A stretch of 64,000 nucleotides of DNA from Kofleriaceae bacterium (lineage in GTDB: Bacteria > Myxococcota_A > Polyangia > Haliangiales > Haliangiaceae): positions 32,001-96,000 of the forward strand of contig CBDCCZ010000011.1 of assembly GCA_965215005.1 (NCBI GenBank). The letters run 5' to 3'. The notes below the pieces were generated by a model, which searched no databases, had not been told where the DNA came from, and saw only the letters and a list, made by a program, of their open reading frames with translations. Position numbers and translations under genes: made by a program. The first letter of the stretch is position 1; each line of letters opens with the position of its first letter. This document shows, piece by piece, positions 11,036-20,836 of this stretch.

Positions 11036-11767
11036 TCAGCGGCCCGGTGGAAAGTCCACCAACACCTCTGTTGTCTCGGCGGCTGGGTCAAACGCGAGCT
11101 CGAGGAGTTTCTTCGCCACGAATGCCGTCGAGCTGAAGCTGTTTTCGGCTTTCAACTGGCGAAATTGCTCCACGGTAGGAAAACGATCCGCCGGCATCTG
11201 CCGAATCAGCGCCTGCATGTCCGTATCGATCACACCCGGTGCGACAGCGTGCGCGCGGACCACCTCTTCTTCCTCGAGCTGCACCGCCTCCGTCATGCGA
11301 TCGACGGCCGCTTTGCTCGCGCAGTACGCGGACCAGCCCGCGAAGCCGCGTCGAGCCGCGCCCGATGAGACGTTGAGCAACACCCCTTTCGTGCCGCGGC
11401 GCCGGAGGTGCGCGAGATAGGCTTTGGTGCCGTTGAATACGCCTACGACGTTGATGTCCATGCAACGGCGGAACGCCTCGGAGCTGACCCGCCGAAGCAT
11501 GTCGACGGGCTCGAGCACGCCAGCGTTGTTGATCCACGCATCGATCGCACCGAAGCGCTCTTCGGCGGCGATCGCTAGACCTTGCACGGCGGCTTCGTCG
11601 GTGACATCGAGCTGCTCGGCAACGACTCGCTCACCGGGCGGTAACACGGGGGCGCTGCGTGCACACAACACCAGGTTCATTTGGCGCTGGTGGAACTCTT
11701 GCGCGAGCGCAGCACCGAGCCCGCGGCTGGCACCGGTGATGACGACGGTCTTGTTGGCAACGTTCAT
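11036..11767 (-). CDS. Short-chain dehydrogenase/reductase
   Basis: TGASRGLG, NNAG, YCASK, APGVIDTDMQ. Confidence 0.93.
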   Translation of the reverse strand: MNVANKTVVITGASRGLGAALAQEFHQRQMNLVLCARSAPVLPPGERVVAEQLDVTDEAAVQGLAIAAEERFGAIDAWINNAGVLEPVDMLRRVSSEAFRRCMDINVVGVFNGTKAYLAHLRRRGTKGVLLNVSSGAARRGFAGWSAYCASKAAVDRMTEAVQLEEEEVVRAHAVAPGVIDTDMQALIRQMPADRFPTVEQFRQLKAENSFSSTAFVAKKLLELAFDPAAETTEVLVDFPPGR

Positions 11768-11893
11768 GGCGTGACCGTACACCAAGCCTCCATGCGCCTT
11801 CGCAGCACCGTGGCGACTGCAGCGTTACCCCGGCGATGGTGCTGCGCGGCCGCGAGCAAAGATGCAACGCGTGCTAACTGGGCCGCGTCGACG

Positions 11894-12661
11894 TTATTCG
11901 TCGCGGTCGACGGAGAAGCCGCTAAACGCCTGTCGTGTCGGCATCAGCTCGATGCTGTTGATGTTGACGTGGGGAGGCCGCGTGAGACACCAGAGCACCG
12001 TGTCCGCCAAGTCTTCTCCGGTGAGGGGCTCGGTGCCGCGATAGGGACTGCGAGCGCGCTCGGCGTCGCCATGAAACCGCACCAACGAGAACTCGGTTTC
12101 CGCCAGGCCTGGCTCGATGTTGGTGACGCGGACGGGGGTGCCGAGAAGGTCAGCGCGCATCGCGAGCGAGAGCTGGCGAACGAAGGCTTTGGTTCCGCAA
12201 TAGACATGGCCACCGGGGTAGGGCCAGTTGCCGGCTACGGAGCCGATGTTGACGACATAGCCGCGGCGTCGGGCGACCATACCCGGCAGCACGGCGCGAG
12301 TGAGGTAGAGAAGACCTTTGACGTTGGTGTCAATCATCCCTTCCCAGTCATCGATATCGGCTTCGTGCACTGGCGCGAGCCCGAGTGCGAGCCCCGCGTT
12401 GTTGATGAGCGCGGTGATGGATTGCCACGAGGGGGGCAACTCTTCGACGGCGGTTGCGACCGCGGCGCGATCGCGCACATCCAGAGGCAGCACGTGAGCG
12501 GGGCCTGGTAACGATGCGGCCAACGCTTCAAGTCGATCTTGGCGGCGGGCGCTGAGAATTACCGCGGCGCCGGCCGCGGAGAGGCGCTTGGCGATGGCTT
12601 CGCCAAATCCCGCGGAGGCGCCGGTGACGAGGACAGTCTCACCTGCGAGGCTCACTTGCAT
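11894..12661 (-). CDS. YdfG-like NADP-dependent 3-hydroxy acid dehydrogenase (SDR)
   Basis: TGASAGFG, NNAGLALG, GSVAGNWPYPGGHVYCGTKAFV, IEPGLAETEFS, PPHVNIN. Confidence 0.9.
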   Translation of the reverse strand: MQVSLAGETVLVTGASAGFGEAIAKRLSAAGAAVILSARRQDRLEALAASLPGPAHVLPLDVRDRAAVATAVEELPPSWQSITALINNAGLALGLAPVHEADIDDWEGMIDTNVKGLLYLTRAVLPGMVARRRGYVVNIGSVAGNWPYPGGHVYCGTKAFVRQLSLAMRADLLGTPVRVTNIEPGLAETEFSLVRFHGDAERARSPYRGTEPLTGEDLADTVLWCLTRPPHVNINSIELMPTRQAFSGFSVDRDE

Positions 12662-12726
12662 CGCACGAGGATATCAGGCCCCCATCGCGGATGCGTCTGT
12701 GGCTTGGGGCGCGATATCATCGGCAG

Positions 12727-13602
12727 ATGGCCGAGCCGCGGTGGCACTGGGTTCTGTTAGTGGGAGAGCACGGAGGGCACGGCTGGTTTTCTGGCGCGGC
12801 AGTTCGCGGCACTTCGCTCGGCGATATCATCGAGCGCGCGATCGCGGGGCAACAGCACATCGATGAGCGCGATACCGCCGGTTTTCCGCATCTCGTTCAC
12901 GAGATCACCGGCGTACCGGACGGCCTGATCGAGGTCGAGCGCGACGAGATCTACGTCTCCGATGAAGTGAACATGTGGGAGCTGTCCGAGGATGAGCACG
13001 TATTCGTGTTCCCCCGCGGGGTGGTGTGGTCGGGCGACGACGGCGGATTCGACATCGATGAAATTGCTGAAGGCTGCGTTCTCTGGGAGGGAGAGGACCT
13101 ATTCGGTGTTCAGGCGGTGGTCGATGGTCGCCGCACTACCTCGGTCATGTATCAGCTCATCGAGCGGCTGCCAATCGTGACCTCGGTGGGAGTTCTCTTG
13201 CACAGCCACTTCGATGACGCTGGCGTCACTGAGGCGTGGGTGAGTGGCCGGAACGCCGGCATGGAGGGGGCGATGCGCGTACTGATCGACCATGCGGCAG
13301 ATATCGTCGACAACGGCGGTGTGGAGCTGGCTGTGCAAATCCCCGGCGATGGCGGCTGGAGCACCCTGTCGCTATGCGATCACAAACTGATTCATCTGCA
13401 AACACCGTATCCGGCGCTGCGTGAGCAGGTTGTCGACGATCTCTCGGAGCTGGGAATCGAGCCTTCGACCACCGGGCTTCGTTCGCTGGCCGACGATACC
13501 GACCATCATCATTATCGGCCGGCGGGCTCTCGAGACCGCGCCGGCGTGTGTGAGCTGCTCGCCTCGCTCGGTTGGACCCGGCGCGCGACCCGCCGCGGCT
13601 GA
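12727..13602 (+). CDS. Hypothetical acidic protein
   Basis: Long ORF with protein-like composition filling the gap between genes; TATCAT-N6-ATG start. Confidence 0.7.
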   Translation: MAEPRWHWVLLVGEHGGHGWFSGAAVRGTSLGDIIERAIAGQQHIDERDTAGFPHLVHEITGVPDGLIEVERDEIYVSDEVNMWELSEDEHVFVFPRGVVWSGDDGGFDIDEIAEGCVLWEGEDLFGVQAVVDGRRTTSVMYQLIERLPIVTSVGVLLHSHFDDAGVTEAWVSGRNAGMEGAMRVLIDHAADIVDNGGVELAVQIPGDGGWSTLSLCDHKLIHLQTPYPALREQVVDDLSELGIEPSTTGLRSLADDTDHHHYRPAGSRDRAGVCELLASLGWTRRATRRG

Positions 13603-13603
13603 G

Positions 13604-14881
13604 TCACTGGCGGGTTGCGCTGAGCTCGCCGGGAAAGTCGAAGCCGATTACGGAGCCGTACCAGGTGCCGGGCTGAAGCTGGGTCGGGCTCGCGACCTCG
13701 GCAACACCTTGCATCGACAGCACCGAGAGCCGCACCGATGCGCCATCGAGCAGCATCGTGACGCGGTCGAGAAGATCCACTTCAAACGCCGAGCAAGCGG
13801 CCTGCGCCACCGGTGCGAGATCTGTCTGGCAGTTGCAGGTGCGCTGCCACGCGTTGGCAACGCCGCGGGCGATGGCGGGGCAGTCGATGGCCGCATCAAT
13901 GGCTGCTTCGACCGTGGCATAGCCGGTAGACGCTTCGATGATCGTGTTGACGACCCAGCGCACCAAGCCCGAGAGGACGTTTTTCACCCGATGGCGATCG
14001 ATGTAGAGCTGTCCGCACGAGTAGCGAGCGCCGAACTCCTCCGGCTCGATTCGGCCGATTTCGGGAATCTGCTCGGGCACGGCGACAATCGGCTGGCCGT
14101 TGTACTCGAAACTGATCTGGTTCCACACCGACGAGCCGCGGTAGCCAGCGTCGCATGCGGTTCCGGCGAGCGTCACGGTGCTGTCAACGGTCATCGTATC
14201 GAGGACGTCGGAGATGCCGGCCAGAGCAACGACGAGCTGCTGCGCGTATTGCGGAACGTTCTGCTCGATGATGCCTCTGACCAAGACGCCGATCAGCAGC
14301 TCGACCGGCCCCGGGAGGCCGAGATCGATGTCGCCTTGCAAGAAATCGCGAAACAGCTCGGAGATGTCGAGAAAGCCATCTGCGAGCCCGGGAACGCCAG
14401 CGCGTAGATGCAGATTCGAGGTCATCGCCCAGGTGCCTGCGAGCTCGGGCCCAGGCCCCGGATCGGCGCAAACCGTGCCGTCGCGGCTCGGCTGGCATTG
14501 GCCTTCAGCGCAGAGGAAGCCAACGGGGCACTGGTCGGTGGTCTCACAGCTTCCCGGCGGCAGGACGCATACACTGGCGACGCACACCGCCGCGGGATCG
14601 GCGCACTCGATGTTTTCGATCGAGTCGCACATCACCTCGGGATCCTCGGGTGCGACGCACACGCCGCTAACGCACACCGCCGGCGCATCGCAGTTGGCGG
14701 TGACCTCGCAGGCGGTTCCCGAGGCCCCGCCGCCGACACATAACGCCGGATCCGCGGCCGGATCCACTGGATTGCCGCTAGGGTCGCTGCCGTCGACCGG
14801 GTCACCGTCCATCGCGCTAGGGCCGCAGGCGGTAGATAGTAGAAGGAAGGCGAGTCCTAGAAACGCAACGGGTCGAGACAT
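13604..14881 (-). CDS. Cys-rich lipoprotein, myxobacterial type
   Basis: Lipobox STAC; repeated C-x4-C-x5-C-x4-C modules, then a globular domain. Confidence 0.8.
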   Translation of the reverse strand: MSRPVAFLGLAFLLLSTACGPSAMDGDPVDGSDPSGNPVDPAADPALCVGGGASGTACEVTANCDAPAVCVSGVCVAPEDPEVMCDSIENIECADPAAVCVASVCVLPPGSCETTDQCPVGFLCAEGQCQPSRDGTVCADPGPGPELAGTWAMTSNLHLRAGVPGLADGFLDISELFRDFLQGDIDLGLPGPVELLIGVLVRGIIEQNVPQYAQQLVVALAGISDVLDTMTVDSTVTLAGTACDAGYRGSSVWNQISFEYNGQPIVAVPEQIPEIGRIEPEEFGARYSCGQLYIDRHRVKNVLSGLVRWVVNTIIEASTGYATVEAAIDAAIDCPAIARGVANAWQRTCNCQTDLAPVAQAACSAFEVDLLDRVTMLLDGASVRLSVLSMQGVAEVASPTQLQPGTWYGSVIGFDFPGELSATRQ

Positions 14882-15097
14882 GCTTGGGCTCAACAGCCAG
14901 ATTTGGGCCAAACCCACAAACGCCGCGATGTGGGGTAGTTAGGTTGCAGGTGGGGCCGAGTGGCTCCAGGAACGTATGGCCCCGTCGGGGTGGGTGCTCC
15001 CGAGCAATGTGGACCAGATGACTCCATTGAGACCTCGTGGTGTTGGCCGATATGATCTGCCAAGGGGAAGTGATCGCTTGGGCGGTCACGTCGCAAC

Positions 15098-18000
15098 TTG
15101 AACCCACGCAATCAACTCCCAGACGACGATCTCGAGCAGCTCACCCGCACCACCGCGCCGGAAGCAAGCGTTGGTGTGGAGGGGGCGACTGCGACCATGG
15201 ATCCGGCGCGTGCGGCGGCCGAGGGTCGTCGTGCGCCGCTGCCGCGGGGGACGGTACTCGGGCGCTACGTGCTTCTCAAGCCAATGGGGGCTGGAGGCAT
15301 GGGCGTGGTCTATGAGGCCTACGATCCCGAGCTCGACCGGCGCATCGCGCTCAAGCTGCTTGCGGTGGATTTGAGCAAAGCGAGCAGTCGCAAGCGCGCG
15401 CAGGATCGCTTGCTGCGTGAGGCACAGGCGCTGGCGCAGCTGTCTCATCCCAACGTCATAGCGGTTCACGATGTTGGCACCATTGCCGGCGACGTCTTCA
15501 TCGCGCTCGAGCTCGTGGCTGGCGGCACGCTTGGCGAATGGCTCACTGCCACGCCGCGAACAGAAGCCGAGATTCTGGCCGCGTTTCTAGCCGCCGGCGA
15601 TGGTCTGGCCGCCGCTCACCGGCAAGGCATCATTCATCGCGATTTCAAACCCGGCAACGTCATTGTTGGCGATGACGGCAGGGTCCGAGTGATCGACTTT
15701 GGCCTGGCTCGCGCGGTCGATGAAGCCGATGAGAGTCATGATGAGGGCGATGAGCACGACGAGCCGCTGGAAGCACTCGCTGCCGATGGTGAGCACACGC
15801 CGCGTGAAGATTGGCTGCATACGCCGCTCACCCGCGTGGGCGCGGTCATGGGCACGCCCAAATATATGTCGCCGGAGCAGCATCTCGGTCGCAGCGCCGA
15901 CGCGCGCTCCGACCAGTTCAGCTTCTGCGTAGCCCTGTACGAAGCGATCAGCAAAGTCGCGCCGTTCACGGGTTCGACCCGCAGCGAGCTGTCGGCGCGG
16001 GTGACCCGTGGTGAGATCGCCACTCCGGCCACGGGCCGCATGCGCTCATGGCTGCGCAAAGTGCTCGTGCGCGGCATGGCGCCGGATCCGGCCGATCGAT
16101 TCGTCGACATGGATGCGCTGCTGGCCGAGTTACGGCGCGATCGAACGCTGTGGCGACGACGGCTGGCGGCGGCGGCTCTGATGAGCGCCATCGGCGGCGT
16201 CGCGGTGGTTGGGTGGATGCGGACCGCTGGTAGCGATGAGCTGTGTAAAGGGGGCCGGCAACGGGTCGCTCAGGTTTGGACCGCCGAGCAGCGCGAAGCA
16301 GTTCGTGCTGCGTTTGCCGTGACGGGGAGCAAGCGGACGAGCGATGTCATGACTCGGCTCGATGGCATCATGAATCAGTTCATCGCCGACTGGAGTGACG
16401 GATATACGCAGGCGTGCGTAGCGACCCGAGTGCGCGGAGAACAGTCCGAGAGTCTCATGGACCGGCGCATGGGCTGCCTCGAACGGCGGCGCGACCAGAT
16501 GACGGCTCTGGTTGGCGTATTCCTCTCGGCAGAGAGCGCAGAGCATGTCGACAAGGCGGTGGAGGCGAGCACTCGGCTTGCTTCGGTCGAGCGATGTGCC
16601 GACGTCGACGTTTTGCTCGCCGCGACGCCTCCGCCTGAGGACCCCGTCGTTCGCGCGCGGAGCGAGGAGCTTTATCGCGACGTCGACCGAGCTGAGGCGC
16701 TCGAGCTTGCTGGTCGGTATAGCGAGGGAGTGGAGGTCGCCGCAGCGGCCCGCCAGCAGGCGGAAACGCTCGATTACGCGCCACTCGATGCGGCGGCGCT
16801 GGTGCGTGAGAGCTCGCTATTGGAGAAGGCTGGAAAGTATCCAGAGTCCTCGGAGGCAGCGCGTAAAGCGGCGCTGGCCGCGGGTACTGCAAAGGACTAT
16901 CTGCTGCTCGCACGGGCATGGGGGCTGCTGATCTGGAACCTGGGATATCGGCAGGCGCAGACCGTCGAAGCCCTGGCCTTGCTTCATCCTGCACAGGTCG
17001 CCGTCCAGCTAGCGGGCTCCGACCCCGAAACCGAAGGGTTCATCCATGAGCGAATCGGCGCGGTGTATCTGCAGACCAGTGAATATGCGCGTGCGGAGGA
17101 GAATTTCGTAAAGGCAGTTTCCCTCTTGGAGTCAGCTTTCGGAAAGACTGACGTGAAGCTCGCGACGAGCGTCAACAATCTCGGCTTGGCGCTCATGCGG
17201 CAGAATCGCTTTCGTGAGGCGACCGCGCAGTTCGAGCGCGCGTTGAAGCTTTGGGAGCAAGCGCTGGGCGTCGGACACCCGAGTACCGCGCCGCCAATCA
17301 ACAACCTTGGTAGAGTGGCCGCCGAGCTTGGGGATCACGCGCGCGCAAGTGACTACTTTATGCGCGCCGCGGCAATCGACAGCGTGACACTCGGCGAGGA
17401 GCATCCAATGTATGCGGCCGCGCTCGCCAACTTTGGGCTCACCGAGCTACAGCTCGGCCGACTCGACTCGGCTCTCGAGCAGCTCACTCGCAGCCAAGAC
17501 ATCATGCAGCGCGCACTCGGCGATGACCACATCTACACGGCCATGACGATGAGCAATCTCGGGATCGCTTACGCGCTACGGAACGACGATGTGAAAGCGG
17601 TCGACGTTTACGGAGCGTCGCTCGAGATCTTTGACCGCAGCAAGTCGCGCGCCAGCGAGCCGGCGCTCGAGCTCCTGGTGAACATGGCGCTGGCCGAGAC
17701 TCGGCTTCGTCGCTGGGACGCGGCACGAGCGCACCTCGAGGAGGCACGAGACGGCGTGGCTACTGCCCTGGGCGAGACTCACGTCAACTACGCATTGGTG
17801 CTCGCGGCGCTCGCGGAGGTCGACCTTGGGGTGAATCAGCCGGCGCGGGCGCTAAAGACCGCGGCGCGGGCGATGGAGCTCGCGGAGCAACAGCCGGACG
17901 CCACGCCGCTTCAGCTGGCAACAATCAAACTATCGCTGGCGCGTGCATCGTGGGCGCGAGGAGAGCGGCAGCGGGCAACCGCTCTGGCTGATTCAGCAGG

Positions 18001-18115
18001 CGCAGCCATCGCCACGGATAGATCGCTCGATGGAAAGCGCCTGCGTGAGCGCATCGATTCTTGGCGACTCCTAACGGTGGCGAGCTCGCGGCGGGCATCC
18101 GCGGCTGCGCGCTGA
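15098..18115 (+). CDS. Membrane Ser/Thr protein kinase with C-terminal TPR repeats
   Basis: GAGGMG, ALK, HRDFKPGN, DFG, GTPKYMSPE; TM segment; NNLG-type TPRs. Confidence 0.96.
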   Translation: MNPRNQLPDDDLEQLTRTTAPEASVGVEGATATMDPARAAAEGRRAPLPRGTVLGRYVLLKPMGAGGMGVVYEAYDPELDRRIALKLLAVDLSKASSRKRAQDRLLREAQALAQLSHPNVIAVHDVGTIAGDVFIALELVAGGTLGEWLTATPRTEAEILAAFLAAGDGLAAAHRQGIIHRDFKPGNVIVGDDGRVRVIDFGLARAVDEADESHDEGDEHDEPLEALAADGEHTPREDWLHTPLTRVGAVMGTPKYMSPEQHLGRSADARSDQFSFCVALYEAISKVAPFTGSTRSELSARVTRGEIATPATGRMRSWLRKVLVRGMAPDPADRFVDMDALLAELRRDRTLWRRRLAAAALMSAIGGVAVVGWMRTAGSDELCKGGRQRVAQVWTAEQREAVRAAFAVTGSKRTSDVMTRLDGIMNQFIADWSDGYTQACVATRVRGEQSESLMDRRMGCLERRRDQMTALVGVFLSAESAEHVDKAVEASTRLASVERCADVDVLLAATPPPEDPVVRARSEELYRDVDRAEALELAGRYSEGVEVAAAARQQAETLDYAPLDAAALVRESSLLEKAGKYPESSEAARKAALAAGTAKDYLLLARAWGLLIWNLGYRQAQTVEALALLHPAQVAVQLAGSDPETEGFIHERIGAVYLQTSEYARAEENFVKAVSLLESAFGKTDVKLATSVNNLGLALMRQNRFREATAQFERALKLWEQALGVGHPSTAPPINNLGRVAAELGDHARASDYFMRAAAIDSVTLGEEHPMYAAALANFGLTELQLGRLDSALEQLTRSQDIMQRALGDDHIYTAMTMSNLGIAYALRNDDVKAVDVYGASLEIFDRSKSRASEPALELLVNMALAETRLRRWDAARAHLEEARDGVATALGETHVNYALVLAALAEVDLGVNQPARALKTAARAMELAEQQPDATPLQLATIKLSLARASWARGERQRATALADSAGAAIATDRSLDGKRLRERIDSWRLLTVASSRRASAAAR

Positions 18116-18136
18116 AGCAGGCAACCGAGACCCGCT

Positions 18137-18694
18137 TTAAATCGCCGCCGGGGCGTTGCGGGTATCGCACGCGAAGAATAATACGAGCGTGGCACCACGG
18201 CGCCGCTGGAGCATCGCCGGGCCGAGGAATAGCCCATCGGCGACTTCGCGTAACTCATCGCGAATGCCGCGGATGAAGCGAGGGTTCCGAGGATCGTCGT
18301 AATCGAGCAAAATGCACGGACGAGCATCGAGCACCGAAGGCTCGATGCGAGTGGCGAATGGAAACCATTGGTGCTGGCCCATGAGGCGCACGCGATTGAT
18401 TCCAGATCCGGCGGCCTCGTCACTTGCGTCGAAGCGTTTGCCCGCCCACGGAAACCAAGAGGTGGTCACGACGCGACGTAGGAACGCGGCAGCTCTTCCT
18501 GAGCCGGTGGCGCGAATCGCGAGCACTCGGCAGCGCGGGCTACCATCGAGCGCGTGCAAGCTCGTCGGCACTCCGCCGCTTGTGTAGAGCGCGCGCAGCT
18601 CATCTAGCGTGCGAGTTGAGAGCTCTTCCAGCGTGAGCTCCCTTGCGGGCGCAGCGGCAACATCGTAAGCACGAACAGCAGTCTCGAGGTTCAT
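18137..18694 (-). CDS. Hypothetical protein downstream of TetR
   Basis: Conserved-looking segments WAGKRF, GINRV, LDYD, IRDELREV, GLFLG. Confidence 0.75.
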   Translation of the reverse strand: MNLETAVRAYDVAAAPARELTLEELSTRTLDELRALYTSGGVPTSLHALDGSPRCRVLAIRATGSGRAAAFLRRVVTTSWFPWAGKRFDASDEAAGSGINRVRLMGQHQWFPFATRIEPSVLDARPCILLDYDDPRNPRFIRGIRDELREVADGLFLGPAMLQRRRGATLVLFFACDTRNAPAAI

Positions 18695-18736
18695 CGGTTG
18701 GTTCCTTTGCGGGAGATGGCTCATCGGGTAGGGGCG

Positions 18737-19318
18737 TTAGGCGGTAATAGCGTTCCAGCACGCCTCTTCGGCCGCCGTAACGGTTGCGGCATCGAGCGTG
18801 AGGTAACCGAGTCGACTTGCCTTTACGAGTCCGACAAATGCGCCCCACACCAATGCCAGCGTCGTCTCGACGGCCAACGGCTGCGGCATGCCGCGCTCAT
18901 GGGCGCTGCGGAGCACGTCGATCAGGCGCAGCAGCGAGCGCAGCTCGAGAGCTCGACTTTCTGCGTCTAGATAGCTGGCGTGGTGATGGAGCTCGAGGAA
19001 ATCGAACGAGAAAGGTGCGTCTTGGGCATGCTCGGCGAGAGCGGTCCATAGGCAGCGGAACTGGATGCGGGGCGCATCCGAGGGACGAATGCCAGCGAGC
19101 AATCGGTCGATGAGCGCGGTTTTACAGCTCCGGTATAGGTGATTTACCAGCTCGTCTTTGCTGGCGAAGTGCCTATAGACGGTACCGGAGGCGACGCCGG
19201 CGCCGCGGGCAATGTCAGGAACCGCGGTGCCGTGGAAGCCGCGCTCGGCGAACAGCGTCAGCGCAGCCGCCAGGAGCGCGCTCCTCGTGTCCTTCGGCGG
19301 AGCAGAGTGAACGTTCAT
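18737..19318 (-). CDS. TetR/AcrR family regulator
   Basis: AALTLFAERGFHGTAVPDIARGAGVASGTVYRHFASKDEL. Confidence 0.96.
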   Translation of the reverse strand: MNVHSAPPKDTRSALLAAALTLFAERGFHGTAVPDIARGAGVASGTVYRHFASKDELVNHLYRSCKTALIDRLLAGIRPSDAPRIQFRCLWTALAEHAQDAPFSFDFLELHHHASYLDAESRALELRSLLRLIDVLRSAHERGMPQPLAVETTLALVWGAFVGLVKASRLGYLTLDAATVTAAEEACWNAITA

Positions 19319-19375
19319 TCACTGGTTGATACCCCTCGGGCCGAGAGGAATCAAGAGAAATGTGAATGTTCGTTC
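19305..19375 (-). promoter_or_regulatory. TetR autoregulatory operators and leaderless promoter
   Basis: Near-perfect palindrome GAGTGAACGTTCATTC (19305-19320) covers the ATG; 12/16 copy at 19360-19375; TTGATT-N17-TATCAA-N7-ATG. Confidence 0.7.
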
Positions 19376-19394
19376 GCGGGAGTGCTTTTGCCGG

Positions 19395-19874
19395 TTAGCG
19401 CCAGGCGGTGGTAGCGATGGGCTCTTGGAGCGGCCCATCGAAGGTGAGCTTATTGCCCGCTGCGGGAAGTCGCGACGGCGCGATGGCCAACTCACCGTCG
19501 CGAGTCGTGACCCTCAGGTCGCGCCACTCGCAGAAGCCAACAGCCTCACCGTCGACCGCGTAGGGCTCGTACTGCCATTGCATCACTTCGCCGACGACCG
19601 CCTCGTCAACCGCCGCTTCTCCGGTGCGGTTGGTCATCACCACGCTGAACGGCTGCCCATCTGGCGTTGCGCAGACGTGAACGACAACCTCTTCGTCGAG
19701 CTCCCGCTGCGAGTCGAGCTCTACGGCAACGGCGTCGTCGCCGCGGGCTAGCTCCGCATCGGCCACCTCGGGAAGCTCGACTCCGAGCTCTACGCGTGGC
19801 GTAGAATCTTGCGCCGCCGCGCCACTACAAGCCGCTGCCGGAAGAACCATCGTCCATAGCCATGATCGTTTCAT
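19395..19874 (-). CDS. Lipoprotein with TonB C-terminal-like domain
   Basis: Lipobox AAAC; VHVCATPDG...TGEAAVDEAVVGEVMQWQYEP. Confidence 0.65.
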   Translation of the reverse strand: MKRSWLWTMVLPAAACSGAAAQDSTPRVELGVELPEVADAELARGDDAVAVELDSQRELDEEVVVHVCATPDGQPFSVVMTNRTGEAAVDEAVVGEVMQWQYEPYAVDGEAVGFCEWRDLRVTTRDGELAIAPSRLPAAGNKLTFDGPLQEPIATTAWR

Positions 19875-19899
19875 CGTCGTGTCTCCTACGCCGATACTT

Positions 19900-19916
19900 T
19901 GCAGACGACGTGCCGA
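19900..19916 (-). promoter_or_regulatory. sigma54 promoter candidate
   Basis: Minus strand TCGGCACGTCGTCTGCA (GG-N10-GC) upstream of an AGGAG RBS. Confidence 0.6.
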
Positions 19917-19929
19917 GTCAGCGGCAGCG

Positions 19930-19973
19930 AGAAGTGCGTCTACACGCCGAAAGAAGTACGTCTACACGCCGAA
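19930..19973. repeat. 22-bp tandem direct repeat, 2 copies
   Basis: AGAAGTGCGTCTACACGCCGAA / AGAAGTACGTCTACACGCCGAA, 1 mismatch. Confidence 0.9.
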
Positions 19974-20064
19974 ACCACAACGCGCGCTGTGAACCATTGC
20001 TCCAGCGCGCGTGCACCACCTGTGGCGGCGAGTCGTAGTCGCACGAATGCGGCTCGATAAGACG

Positions 20065-20793
20065 TCAGCTCTTTACGAGAAACGGAATGTCGATGTTGCC
20101 AAAGACCTCGTCGGTGCGTGCGTCGACCAGCTGGGCGCGAAACTGCACCTCATCGATGTCCGCCGGTATCTTCTCGAAATACAAATAACCTTCTACAGTC
20201 CCACCCGCGTCGAGCACACCCTCAGGTAGGGCCTTGCGTACCATCTCGCGCGTCGGCATCGGCACCTGCAACGTTCCCCAGTAGGGATAGTATCTCTCGT
20301 AGTACCCGCCGTTGTAAGGGTAGCGGGCGTCGAGTGCGCTGTAGGCGGGAACCGAGGGATAGGTGGTGGCGTAGTAAGGACTCACCCAGAAGCCCTGGTG
20401 GAAAAAATCGGGCTCGACCACCCCGTCGGCATAGCTCGCAACAGGGGTGTCGACATCGCCATCGATGGCGTATAGAGGCAGTGCAGCAAACGAGTTACCG
20501 CCGCGATCGTGCAGGTGAAAGCGGCTGTAGTCGAGTCTCACTGGCTTGTCGCTCCGATTGGTGATTTTCACCTTCATCGGCGTGACGTGATCCCGAATAT
20601 CGGAGTTGCCTTCCCACGCGGAGGTCGTCGCGACAACTTGAACGTCCTTGGCACTACTAACAACCTTATCGTCGTCAACCGTGTTGGCAGCTGGTGCTGG
20701 CTCTAGGGTCGCTTGTCGGGAGCCGCATCCGAGTGCGAGTGACGTCGTCGCGGCCGCCATCATCGTCCAGTGTAGTGGTTTCAGCACAGTCAC
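20065..20793 (-). CDS. Hypothetical lipoprotein with a Tyr/Pro-rich insert
   Basis: GGAG RBS before GTG 20793; lipobox ALGC; ALPEGVL...EGYLYF C-terminus. Confidence 0.75.
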   Translation of the reverse strand: MTVLKPLHWTMMAAATTSLALGCGSRQATLEPAPAANTVDDDKVVSSAKDVQVVATTSAWEGNSDIRDHVTPMKVKITNRSDKPVRLDYSRFHLHDRGGNSFAALPLYAIDGDVDTPVASYADGVVEPDFFHQGFWVSPYYATTYPSVPAYSALDARYPYNGGYYERYYPYWGTLQVPMPTREMVRKALPEGVLDAGGTVEGYLYFEKIPADIDEVQFRAQLVDARTDEVFGNIDIPFLVKS

Positions 20794-20836
20794 CTGCTCC
20801 CTTCCAGTTCCTTGATTGCATACCGCTAAACGCTCA

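Noticed and set aside
14882..15097. Intergenic region as an ncRNA or riboswitch
   Set aside because: Only a short CCCACA/TGTGGG stem; no recognisable RNA family motif; an Rfam search would be needed
19930..19973. Possible CRISPR or mini-array
   Set aside because: Only two adjacent copies, no spacer, no cas genes
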